Origin: Trichodelitschia bisporula
Lineage: Eukaryota
DNA: 64,000 bases
Direction: 5' to 3'
Assembly: GCA_010356995.1 (NCBI GenBank)
Contig: ML996690.1
Location: 623,420 to 687,419 of the forward strand
How positions within the stretch are numbered: the first letter of the stretch is position 1; each line of letters starts with the position of its first letter. Both the position numbers and the translations under genes were made by a program. This document shows, in pieces, positions 1-11,149 of this stretch. A model generated the notes under the pieces. The model was not told where the DNA came from. It did not search any database and saw only the letters and a program-made list of their open reading frames with translations.

Positions 1-1947
1 TTGATATCTCAGACCAACGTCAACGCGAGCTAGAGAAGCTACCCGGCTTTCACGAGGTCCCGCCTAACCGCCGGCAAGAACTTTTTATGCAGAAGATCGA
101 CCAGTGCAACATCATCTTCGATTTCAACGATGCAAGCGGTGATATGAAGTCCAAGGAGATCAAGCGCCTGGCACTTCATGAGCTTCTTGACTATGTGGCC
201 AATAACAGGCAGGTCATCACGGAGCCGATGTATCCGCGGGTCGTCGAGATGTTTAGCAAGAACTTGTTCCGTCCGATCCCGCCCCCGATGAACATTCAAG
301 GCGAGGCCTTCGACCCTGAAGAGGATGAGCCGGTGCTTGAAGTGGCCTGGCCTCACATCCAAGTGGTGTACGAATTCTTCCTGCGCTTTATCGAGAGCCA
401 GGACTTCAACACCAACGTCGCGAAGCAGTACATCGACCACAACTTTGTGCTTCAGGTAAGATGCCGCCATTTGTTGAGTGTGCAATTTTTGACGATCGGT
501 AGTTGCTCGAACTGTTCGACTCGGAAGACCCCCGGGAGAGAGATTTCCTCAAAACGACGCTCCACCGAATTTACGGCAAATTCCTGAACCTTCGCTCGTT
601 TATTCGTCGTTCGATAAACAACGTCTTCTTCCAGTTTGTCTATGAGACGGAGCGGTTCAACGGCATCGCGGAACTGCTTGAGATCCTGGGTTCGATTATC
701 AACGGCTTTGCTTTGCCGCTGAAAGAGGAGCACAAGCTCTTCCTTACCCGCGTACTGCTCCCGCTGCACAAGGTCAAGAGCCTGAGCATGTATCACCCGC
801 AGTTGGCTTATTGCATCGTCCAATTTTTGGAGAAGGATGCAGCTCTGACCGAAGAAGTGAGTATGGCCGGACGGAAAGTGGATACGCACTGACTTTTTTA
901 GGTTGTCTTTGGACTCCTGCGCTACTGGCCAAAGGTCAACAGCACCAAAGAAGTTATGTTCCTCAACGAAGTGGAAGACATCTTCGAGGTCATGGATCCG
1001 GCGGAGTTCGCCAAGGTGCAAGAGAAGTTGTTCACCCAGCTCGCGAAGTCGGTTGCAAGCCCCCATTTCCAGGTAGGAGTATTGCCCATTCTGAGGGTCT
1101 TGCTGACTCTTGCAGGTTGCGGAGCGTGCGCTGTACTTTTGGAACAATGAGTACTTTTGCAATCTGGTCAGCGACAATGTCAGAGTCATCCTCCCAATCA
1201 TGTTTGCTCCGCTCTACGAGAACTCCAAGGGCCACTGGAACCGGTAAGTTCTGGAATATTTCCAGCGGTTAAGGCGCTAACAATTCACAGCACCATTCAT
1301 GGCATGGTCTATAATGCCATGAAGTTGTTCATGGAAGTCGACCACGAGCTCTTTGACGAGTGTTCGCGGGAATATGCCGAGCAACAGAACAACGCACCCG
1401 AGAGGATGATGTCTCGCCAACAACAGTGGGAGCAGCTTGCAGAACTGGCCAAGGCAAGGCAGAACGGCCGTAGTCAGTTGCCTGCTCCACCGGCGAAGGC
1501 TGCCACGCCTCGCACAGAAGAGGGTGACTCTCTGAGCCAGGACAGCCAGCGTCGTCTCGAGGCGCTGCGCCTGCAAGACGAGCCGGTTAGGGAGCGACGG
1601 CCGAAAGAGTACTCAAACTCCTCGTCGGTACGTTAATTTTTTCCCATTCGCTCCAGGTGCTTTGGTGCGTTGCTGTACGACCTTTGGGTGTAGATCCGTG
1701 TACTTTAAGCGACGAATTCTTAGACGTTGTTTTGTTCTTGCGCTTTTTGAGCGGGAGTCTAACATTTTGGCCTCGTTTTCCTCTCTAGAGACGTTCTCAG
1801 CCAGCAGCGGATGATCCGCGAGCCCACCGGTCATCGGGACGGCCCCGCAGCAACAGCCGTCCCGGGTCGTCTGGGAGTGTGGTAACTCCGCCTCCCGGGG
1901 CCGTTTCGCGCAGCAACTCTGCCGGGGCCGTGGCCCGGGTCGTATGA
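1..1947 (+). CDS. RTS1: PP2A regulatory subunit B56/B' (5' end outside window)
   Basis: B56 motifs ([62 protein letters not shown]) rejoined across introns ~456-500, 858-901, 1073-1115, 1244-1290. The last intron 1628-1788 gives a terminal exon ending TGA at 1947 (3' end less certain). Confidence 0.93.
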
Positions 1948-4860
1948 CGACTGTTTTTCCTTTTTGCGATGTTTCATCTTCTGGCGCTTGCACAACACGC
2001 ATCTCCTTTGCCGACTGCGCCCAATCTGACTGGTTTAGGATGTTGGGCAGCCTGACGGGGGGGTATCGTGACCGACGGTGCTGATTTTTCGAGCACCCGC
2101 CTGCGAGGCGCCTGCTGGGTTGGAGAAACGGATGCGTGTATAGGTTTTTGAATGCTTGAGTTAGGGGTGGGTGAAATGACGAGGGCCGGATACACGGCGG
2201 TTCATGGTGTTTTTGCTCTTCTGCTTTTTGTTTCATTCATGGGCACGATGAATAGGGCTATGATAACGTGGGTGTGGAATGGGACGGAACCGAGGGGAGG
2301 TAGATGCCTTTATCCTTTCTCTTCCGTGTAATTTGGGGTTCTGCGAAGGGTACGGAATGTTCAAGTCACTCACACTTGTAGGAGCAAGGGGTAAAAAATG
2401 CGACTTTGGCTGTGTATGCGGTGCGGCAAGCTGCCCTGATGTCTGGGGTGGGAGCTGTTGAGATGTGGGGGCGCGGGGGAGGTGTTCCTTGGGAGAGGGG
2501 TACTTATAGGTACTTTGCGACAGTGTTTTCACGGCAGCAATCGAGAATAGACCGTTTGTTTGTGTTTCTGTGGGCCGTGGTGACGAATACTCGGTGGTTT
2601 GAGGAGTGCCGAGATATCAACGGTCGCCGTGAAGGGGTCACCGACAAGCTCTCACATCGTCTCAGTCATGGCCACATGGAGGTGTGTGGAAGCGGGAAGT
2701 CAATCAACCAGACCCGTGTCATTCATCAACTCTAGTTGCAACTCCGGATCTGCGTGCAAATCGAGATGAACTTTTCATATTAAGGTTCCATCCAGGCTCT
2801 ACGCAGTGCACAAAGCGGCGGAGGGCCCAGCAATATTCGAAAGACAGGTGTGAGGTGGGCAGTTTGACGAGCTGGCATCAACATCAAGCAGGTGATCGTG
2901 ATGCTCTTTATCCAGTGGTACTTCGGTACTCAACACGCTCAAGCTGCAGTCACATGCAGCCGGGGGAGCGCGGCTGTCTGCGGGTTTCCTTCAGAGGCGC
3001 CAACCGCGGCGGTTGGCCCCCTTGACCGTTGGTTGGGAGAGGTGGGAAATGACCAGTCAACGGGGATAGGTTAGAAGGCCGAATAGCAGACAGGGCAGTG
3101 GGTTGGCTGCCGGTGTGGCTAAGGGATTTCAGGAACGGGGACAGGGGACAACTAGGGTTGGAATAGATACCAAACGACTGTTTCTTGACGCGAGCAAACA
3201 ATCAAATTCAGGCCGCTTTTTAAAAATATCTAACGTTTCATACGTGAGAAAAAGGTGGTACGTGCGCGCATGCAAATTGTTGAATACCACGTATCCACAC
3301 TATATTTAGCAGATCTAAGATCAGATTCGAGTAAAGCCTTTCATTCTGCGCATTTTACAAGTCTCTAGGAGTTAAAGCAGGTTGTTGTGGATTTATGTTT
3401 TAACAATGTATTTTGGCTGGTGATTTGGTAGATCGTGATAATGGCTAGGAGCAACAGTTATAACTCACTAAGATGTCGAAGCATCACAACACGCTTTATA
3501 CGCCCGGAACAATAAATCTAAGATAGTAAAAGAAGAGCTATATCAGTCACACGATTTTTACGCGTCTAGTTTTACCTAGTCTTGCTCCATATACTCCGCG
3601 ACGTACGCTCGCATTTGCGTTCTCAGGCTTGAGGTACTTCGAGCCGCAAACAGTCCTTATCGATAGCGTTCTCGATAACGATTAAGGGACTTTGAGCCAC
3701 AACTGAGCCACGGCTCTTATCGATAGGCGTATTAATCGTAATTTCTACATGTTTTGGGCTAGCGTTACATAATTACTCACCATATGCCAGGGTATTATAT
3801 ACGCATTCAAATGTAGTTTACTTCAATAAATATCATGTGTGAAAAATAAAACAGCCCTACAGGCGAAATCGGATAAATATCAAATAAAGCACAACCTAGG
3901 GACAACGGCATGCAGACGTTGCGCCACACGTTGCCGTATGGAAGCCCGGACGACCACTTGGTATCGGTTCAACACCCGTCTTGGATGTTGGATCTGCGAT
4001 GCGATGCGGATGCGGATGCAGAGGCCTTTGATGGTTGCCTCCTTTGGGGGCGGAGGGACCGGATCGCGATAAAAGAAGTCCATTTGAGGGAGAGCATTTA
4101 CCGGTGTGGGTTTCGGCCACTTTGCTGGGTTCGGAGTTCTATGTATCTCCCTGGTCACTTTCTCTCTCCGTGAACAACCCTGAGGGCTTGTCGATCCAAC
4201 AATGTTCAACACAGTTCAACATGTCGACTCAATTAGCCAGTCAGCATCAGTGCATAGTGCAGTTCATTCGCTGTAGGCAAGCTTTAGTGGATACCCCACT
4301 GCCCCTTAGACCCTAAGGGAGCAATTAGTGACCATCCGACCCTTTCTCCTTCTCTCTCTGTTCTCCGCTCTCTGGTGTTCTTCCGCTCATCTCTCGCTCT
4401 CACATGCGGGCCAAGAACTAAAAACGCGCCGCCGCCTCCCCCAATCCCCCAGAAGCCCGTAAGCCCCTTTCCTCCGCCCCCAAACGTCGACTTTTAAACA
4501 AACCAAAAAGACCCTTCCAACCTCAACCAACAACCAACAACCCTTATCCTCACTTCCTCCAATCTTCTCCTCTCCCCCCGCAACCTCCTCTTTTCTTTCT
4601 TCAAGTCACTCCTTTCATACAATCCCGTACCTGTGGATCTGCGTTAATCATTTGCTTTGTGCTTACGCACCTCCAACTCTTACTTAAGCGTCGTGCAGCT
4701 TCAGCAAGGAAAACGCGTCGTCCCGTCGCCGAGTGCAAACCAGCGGTTCGCACTTTTTTAACATAAAACCCGATCCCCCGCCCTCTCCCGCAATCAACCT
4801 CCACCTGCATCTTTCTCCCTTGACAACCTACCGACGCACCTCATCGCATTGACCGCAATC

Positions 4861-6038
4861 ATGTCGACTCCCGACTGGATCCAAGTAGGCGTGCCTACTC
4901 TCGAGCGGCCATTCGGTCTGGCTATGTGGCCCCTCTTCGAGAAGGCCTTCTTCGCCGTCAAGGGCTACAAGCCGCAGGACTTTCGCTTTAAGCAAGGCGA
5001 GACACCTTTATCGACGTTCCCGGCGACGGCGGCGATTCTCGTCTCATACTACATCGTCATTTTTGGCGGCCGCGAATTGATGCGCAACCGTCCGGCGCTG
5101 AAGCTCAACTTCCTCTTCCAGCTGCACAACCTCGTCCTGACCCTCATCTCCGGAAGCTTGCTCGTCCTCTTCATTGAGCAGCTGCTGCCGACGCTTGTCA
5201 ACCATGGCATCTTCCACACCATCTGCGCTCACAAGGGTGGTTGGACTGACAAGCTTGTAATCCTGTACTACGTAAGGCGCGTGGCTTGCAACAAAGGATC
5301 TCCGTTCTGACCCTTGCAGCTCAACTACCTCACCAAGTACATAGAGTTGCTTGATACCTGCTTCCTTTTCCTGAAGAAGAAGCCTCTGAGTAAGTTGGCC
5401 CTCGGAAATGGAATGCACAATTCGGTTTGCTGACATTGGTAGCCTTCCTGCACACCTACCACCATGGTGCGACCGCTCTGCTCTGCTACACCCAGCTCAT
5501 TGGCAGCACTGCCGTCTCGTGGGTGCCGATCACGCTGAACCTGACGGTTCACGTTGTTATGTACTGGTACTACTTCCAGAGCGCCCGCGGCATTCGCATC
5601 TGGTGGAAGCAGTACATTACGGTTATGCAGATTGTCCAATTCGTCATTGATCTCGGTATGTTCTTTGTCGCGCCTTACGCCCTCCCCAGCTAATCTTCTA
5701 CAGGCTTCGTCTACTTCGCCTCGTGGACCTACTTCACCTCGTCCTACTGGCCATGGCTCCCTCACTACGGCGGATGCGCTGGCGAGGAATTCGCCGCCAT
5801 TGCCGGTATCTGCATCCTCAGCTCCTACCTGCTGCTCTTCCTTTCCTTCTACGCTGCCACTTACAAGAAGCCGGCGGGTGCGGTTAAGGGCCGCAGCCGT
5901 GCCAAGTCGGCGCTCAAGGAGATGGCGGACGAGAAGGTGCCGACGGTGCAGGATGCGGCGCGGCGGCTGAGCCACGGGACTACCGGGTACAGCCTGCCCA
6001 GTGCGAATGGATCGCACACCCGGTCACGCAAGGCGTAA
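4861..6038 (+). CDS. Very-long-chain fatty acid elongase, GNS1/SUR4 (ELO) family
   Basis: [10 protein letters not shown] histidine box, [21 protein letters not shown]; introns 5272-5319, ~5389-5442, 5657-5704; basic ER-retention-like C-terminus RSRKA. Confidence 0.95.
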
Positions 6039-6810
6039 ATGCCTGCGTGAGTCTGGGGCAAGAGACGACGATAGATGGGTGCGGGGTCTTCATTAGGGGT
6101 TTCTGGGATGAAGTTCCCAGGGCCTAGCTATGGCATGGCTTCCTGGGCCGGGCTCTTGAGTGTGCTGGCGGGCCTTCTAGCGACGACGGGTACACTCGAA
6201 GTCGTGCTGGGTACATACGAGGTTGTCACGGAGGCACGGCTTTGACTTGTTATTCCTTTCGTGTATCCAATTGCTTGGTTTCGCGCCTCCGCGGCTTGCT
6301 GCTGTGCTTTTTCGAGGAAGGGCGGCGGATAGCGGGTTGCGGAGTATGGGTTTTAGTATCTGGGCTGGTGGTCGGTGGGTGGATGGGTGGTGTGTATGAT
6401 AAGTAACGTGGCTAGAGGGGAGGGCAAAGCAAAATAATTAATCACATAATGTTCATGCATTGGCTTGGTCTATTATTGCTGAGGTTTTTGATGAAGGTGT
6501 GAAGAGGGATGGCGGAGGGGTGGTTGGGAGATTGCTGCACCCGGCCATGATGCATGCGGCAGTCCGGGTTCTTACAGAAGCGGCCTGAGGCATCAGCGGG
6601 GCGCATTCCATGGTGACGGTCGACGTCGATGGCACCTCCCGTTTCGCAGTCTGTACATACTTACTTCCATATTCGCCCTTCGCGCCCGCAACCCTATACC
6701 ACTTACCGCGACCAAAGAAACACCTCCCCTCCTCCACCAACATCCCGGCGCATATCCTCCCACCCGCCTCGAACCCCACCAACACCCCGCCCCGCGCCAC
6801 CAACACCACC

Positions 6811-7314
6811 ATGTCGCACACCTCCGTCGCCGCCAAGCGCCTCTTCATCGAATACCGCGCCCTCACCACCGACGCACTTGACGGCATCGCCGCAGGCCCG
6901 GTATCGGAAGACGACCTCTTCCTCTGGGAAGCGCTCATCCAGGGTCCGGGGGGCACGCCCTTCGAAGGCGGCGTCTTTCCCGCCGAACTACGCTTTCCGA
7001 AAGATTACCCGCTCGCGCCGCCTCAAATGCGGTTCACGTGCGAGATATGGCACCCCAATGTGTATCCGAATGGGAATGTGTGTATTAGTATCCTGCACGC
7101 GCCGGGGGAGGATCCGAATCATTATGAGAAGGCGGAGGAGAGGTGGAGCCCGATTCAGAGTGTGGAAAAGATTTTGATCTCGGTTATGAGTATGTTGGCG
7201 GAGCCGAATGATGAGAGTCCGGCGAATGTGGATGCGGCGAGGATGTGGAGGGAGAGGAGGGGGGAATATGAGAGGGTTGTGAGGGAGAGTGTAAGGCGGT
7301 CATTGGGGTTGTAG
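6811..7314 (+). CDS. UBC7: E2 ubiquitin-conjugating enzyme, Ubc7/UBE2G type (ERAD), intronless
   Basis: [27 protein letters not shown]...[13 protein letters not shown] with the Ubc7 acidic loop. The true ATG is 6811; the ORF-track extension to 6610 is leader. Confidence 0.95.
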   Translation: MSHTSVAAKRLFIEYRALTTDALDGIAAGPVSEDDLFLWEALIQGPGGTPFEGGVFPAELRFPKDYPLAPPQMRFTCEIWHPNVYPNGNVCISILHAPGEDPNHYEKAEERWSPIQSVEKILISVMSMLAEPNDESPANVDAARMWRERRGEYERVVRESVRRSLGL

Positions 7315-7500
7315 GGTCGGTCGGCGTTTGGGACGGGATGGAGGGGATTGGGGTTGATCTGGAGAGGGGATGGGCGAGGTGAGATGTCTGATGAGATTAT
7401 TGTGGACTCGGCTGATGATGTCTAGTTGTCGGCTTTGAATGGAGTAGTGCATCCGTAGACGATGAAGCTACTCCATAGGGGACATTGAAAACCAGACTCA

Positions 7501-7815
7501 CGCCATAGCTTCAAGAAATTAACAAGAATAGAACGCCGAATCTCATTGGAGAGTCTCATATCCCACCGTCTAACCGCCCAATGCTCCCGATGCTGCACAA
7601 TGCTCCGATGCCTAATATACAGCCCATAAATCACCACCATCCCACCGCTAGAAGAATACCAAACGCCCGCCATAGCTTCGAGAATAAAAAAGAACAGATC
7701 GCCGAACCTCAGTGGAGAGTCTCATATCCCACCGTCTAACCGTCTAAGCGCCCAATGCTCCCATGCCCAGCGCTCCCATGCTAATATACAGTTCTTCAAT
7801 CACCAGCATCAAACC
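7501..7815. repeat. Imperfect tandem duplication, period ~167 bp
   Basis: CGCCATAGCTTC at 7501 and 7668; identical 30-mer TGGAGAGTCTCATATCCCACCGTCTAACCG at 7547 and 7713; CTAATATACAG near the end of both copies. Confidence 0.85.
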
Positions 7816-9286
7816 AGTCCCCCCAATCGCCACCCCCTCCCCCCGCTCCGCCCTCCCCACCTCCACTACCCTCGTTGGGCGGCTCATAATCATCCCACCA
7901 GTGGTTTTCCTCGTCGTTCTTCTCCCACCAAGACTTCCCCGGAACCCCCGGGTATTCACCCTGCCCCGGCGGCGGGACCTCCGCCGATCCAGACCGTCGC
8001 TGCCTTCTGTTCTCATCCTCATATTCCTGTTGCATCGCCTCCAACTCCACCATCGTTCCCGCCCCAGCAGCTGCACCCGCGATACCACTCTCCCCTGCCG
8101 TCTCCGCGGCACCTACGGCCCCCGCACCCGCAGCTCCAGCACCAGCAGCCTCCCCACCCCCCCACCAGGGAAACCACAACGGCATAAATCCGCCCCCAGC
8201 ACCACTATGCCGACTAAAATAATCGAAATCGATGCTCACAGCCGTCGCAAGCGCCACCGCGCGCTGGTCAAGCGTAAGTCCCGGGCCGGCGGCGGGGAGG
8301 ATATGCTGCCCCTCCGTGGCCGTTGCCTCCTCCATCGCCGCGGCATCCATGCGCAGTGCGTATACACCTGTTTCGGTGAAGATCTCCCTTGCGAACCCGC
8401 TGAAATTGCGATTTACGCTTGCTAGTGGCGCACCGGAGTCCGACTGGAGGCGGAAGTCCCAGCTCAGGAAGGGGGCGTCGATGCGTGCAAATTGGGCCAT
8501 CGTGTGCGTTCCCTCCTGCGGCTGGAGCGTGAAGAGATTGTACCGTCGGCGCAGCGGGGCCCATTCTTGCTGTACCTCTCCTATAAGGCGCATCTGCTCT
8601 TCCGGGAGTGCGGAGGGGCGCACATCCGGCCGCGTCCCGGCGAGCGCAATGTTTGTCCCAGCGGCTGGGCTTGGGTTGGGTGAGGGGGTGTTTGAGTCCA
8701 CGGGGTCGAGCACGCGCAGCCGGCTGTTTATCCACGCGAACGGACGCTGGACGCGGAGGACTTCGGAGCCTGCGGTGTCGAAGACGTGTGCTGTGAAGCC
8801 GCGGTGGGTGCGGAAGGCTTGACGCGCGAGGGCGGAGCGTAGGCCGTGTGCGCGCTCAGAGAGATGCCCGAGTGGGGCGCCGGTGGGGGAGAGGATGGTG
8901 TAGTTGTTTGCTTGTTCGAAGCCGGCGAGGAGGGTTAGGGGTTCGAGGTGCCGCTGGATTAAGAGGGTTGGGTGGGTGAGGAGGGCAGTGGCGGGGTGAG
9001 TGGGGTTGAGGATGGGGTGCGGGGAGGAGGGGATGTGGATGGGGACGAGGAGGGCGTTCTGAGACTGGAAAGAAGATGATGTGAGCGTGCCGGCGAGCGT
9101 CTGGGGGCTGGTCGGCTCGGATGAGGAGTTGGATGGTTCTGGTGCGGGGTTGGCGTCTGGTTCGGAGGGTTGAGGCGGTGGTGGACGGCGGGGTGGTTGG
9201 CGGGAGAATCTCCTAGGGAGAGTGTAGGAGACAGAACGATAGGGAACGCGTAAGAGGCGCAAGGCCCAGCAAGACGGAGCGGCCAT
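7796..9286 (-). CDS. Phospholipid scramblase family protein (mitochondrial, AIM25-like)
   Basis: GFEQANNYTI, RPFAWINS, IGEVQQEWAPLRRRYNLF, SVNRNFSGFAREIFTETGVY, LTLDQRAVALATAVSIDFDYFSRHS. The Arg-rich presequence-like N-terminus starts at ATG 9286. Confidence 0.88.
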   Translation of the reverse strand: MAAPSCWALRLLRVPYRSVSYTLPRRFSRQPPRRPPPPQPSEPDANPAPEPSNSSSEPTSPQTLAGTLTSSSFQSQNALLVPIHIPSSPHPILNPTHPATALLTHPTLLIQRHLEPLTLLAGFEQANNYTILSPTGAPLGHLSERAHGLRSALARQAFRTHRGFTAHVFDTAGSEVLRVQRPFAWINSRLRVLDPVDSNTPSPNPSPAAGTNIALAGTRPDVRPSALPEEQMRLIGEVQQEWAPLRRRYNLFTLQPQEGTHTMAQFARIDAPFLSWDFRLQSDSGAPLASVNRNFSGFAREIFTETGVYALRMDAAAMEEATATEGQHILPAAGPGLTLDQRAVALATAVSIDFDYFSRHSGAGGGFMPLWFPWWGGGEAAGAGAAGAGAVGAAETAGESGIAGAAAGAGTMVELEAMQQEYEDENRRQRRSGSAEVPPPGQGEYPGVPGKSWWEKNDEENHWWDDYEPPNEGSGGGEGGAGGGGGDWGDWFDAGD

Positions 9287-9994
9287 TCTGTGTCGAAAGA
9301 GGGCATTAGTGATGTTTGCCGTGGTTTTGCGGTGGTGGTGATGGGTGATGTTGTCATGGTTCTGGCCATACACGGTGTGATGCCTCAGGCCATGATGTGG
9401 TCTGGGTGGCAGCACAGTACCGAGGTGGCGTATGGGGACTAGCGCAGTCATGTGACTGGCGCCAAGCCCCCACACTGCGGTTATGCTTTTGCACACCCAT
9501 CCCTGTAGATTACTTCTCCAACTCTTTATCATCGTCTCGAAGCAATCCATGGTTTTTGCACCGCTCTTCGCTGGTACCGTGACAGATGTAAAGAAAAGAG
9601 AGTCGAGACACTCTCACTGCCTAAGAACACCATGTGGTCGGTCCTCCATAGCTCCTTCCATAGCTTGATAACCACGTTATCCCATGTATGAGATGCTCCT
9701 TCTAACTTCCTTCGCGGTTGGGGGGGATGTTTATAACTAAGGATTCATGGGTGATTGAGAGTTATCTGAGTAAACGGCTTATATTTCTATGAGTGGTGTT
9801 CTCCTGTTTAAATACCGTACGCATGTAAAGTATGAAGCGTTTAAAAAAAGATAAACATGTAAGTTGCTCCGCGCTTACATCTCGTAAGCGTTTATAACTG
9901 TTTTACCGCGTTCAACTTACTTATCATAGCCGTCAAGAGGTCATTTGACGTCAAAAAACCTCAAAAGATGCTTGCAGATGCTCGTAGAAAGACC

Positions 9995-10420
9995 GAGAGA
10001 TTGCTACATAGTGAGAGGGAGAGAGGGAGAGATTGCTACATGGTGAGAGGGAGATTGCTACAGGGTAAGAGGGAGAGATTGCTACATAGAGAGAGCACTA
10101 GATAACGAAATCTCTCCAGATTGAGGCAGCAACTTTCGACACAGTGCGAGAGGGAGAGAGCGCTGCATAGAGAGAGCGCTGCAGACAGAGAGCTCTACAT
10201 GGAGAGAGCGCTGTATGCAGAGAGCGCTACATGGAGAGAGCGCTACATAGAGAGAGGGAGAGGGCGCTACTTGGGGAGAGGGAGAGGGTGCTACTTGGAG
10301 AGAGGGAGAGAGCGTTACATAGAGAGAGAGGGAGCGTTGCATGGAGAGAGAGAGGGAGAGAGTGTTGACGAAGCAGAGAGGGAGAGAGTGAGGGACAGTG
10401 AGGAAGAGATTGAGGGAGAG
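9995..10420. repeat. Purine-rich degenerate minisatellite ((GA)n spacers around GC/TT-GCTACA cores)
   Basis: Recurrent GAGAGATTGCTACA / GAGAGCGCTACAT units read directly from the sequence. Confidence 0.85.
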
Positions 10421-10477
10421 CTCTTGGCATAATTACGCCATTGCTGCCTCTAATGCCCAAGGCATCAGCCTGTGATA

Positions 10478-10562
10478 GATATAAACGTTATGGCAGCGGC
10501 TTATGGAGATATAAACGTGATGGTAACAGCTAATAGAGATATAAACGCTCTATCAACGGCTT
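10478..10562. repeat. Three-copy 30-bp tandem repeat
   Basis: AGATATAAACG recurs at 10478, 10508 and 10538. Confidence 0.8.
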
Positions 10563-11149
10563 CGCCTGGCAGAACATGTATGAGAAACAAACATGTATGA
10601 ATTATATCATGAAAATGTACGTTATCGAAGCTTATGGTTTATTTAACAAACGTTTACTAGCTAAGCAGTTTACCGTTGAATAAACTGATAAACCATGCGC
10701 GAAACTAGTAAACGGGCGATTCATCATACCATAGACCCCCCCTTCCGCTAAGGTTTACCGTAGCAATGTAATCACATGATCATTACTGCCTTAATGCCTG
10801 ATGTCCTCTGTGCCCGACGCTGCGATTTGCATGTGGCACAGTCATGGATGCAAGCCTTGTCGTGCGTCAAATTTCTAAACAGCAATTCACGTTCCACGGC
10901 ATTACTTCTTCTTGTGTCCTTATTGAGGTGCTTTCTAAGGGCTGATTCACATGTCCTATGGTACGGGTACCGTAAGCTGTGAAGACAGAATTGGCTCAGG
11001 TGTGAAAAGCTTCTGCGCTCACAGAGCTCCTCCACCTTTTTTCATGCACCGGTAGCTCCATGTACGAAATGCGCTCCGCTCTACAGAAAACAGCTATTGA
11101 CGTACTCAGGCTCATACCCTATCACTTCGTTTTCAGATAGTCCGCCGTC

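Noticed and set aside
6610..6810. 67-codon in-frame extension upstream of UBC7
   Set aside because: Low-complexity C-rich leader; family similarity begins at ATG 6811.
9287..9550. 88-codon in-frame extension upstream of the scramblase
   Set aside because: No family similarity; it would bury the presequence-like segment that starts at 9286.
10082..10460. ORFs on both strands of the purine-rich repeat
   Set aside because: Translations simply mirror the (GA)n minisatellite.
10478..10562. 30-bp periodic repeats as CRISPR-like array
   Set aside because: Eukaryotic context, the inter-core sequences are related to each other, and there are no cas genes.
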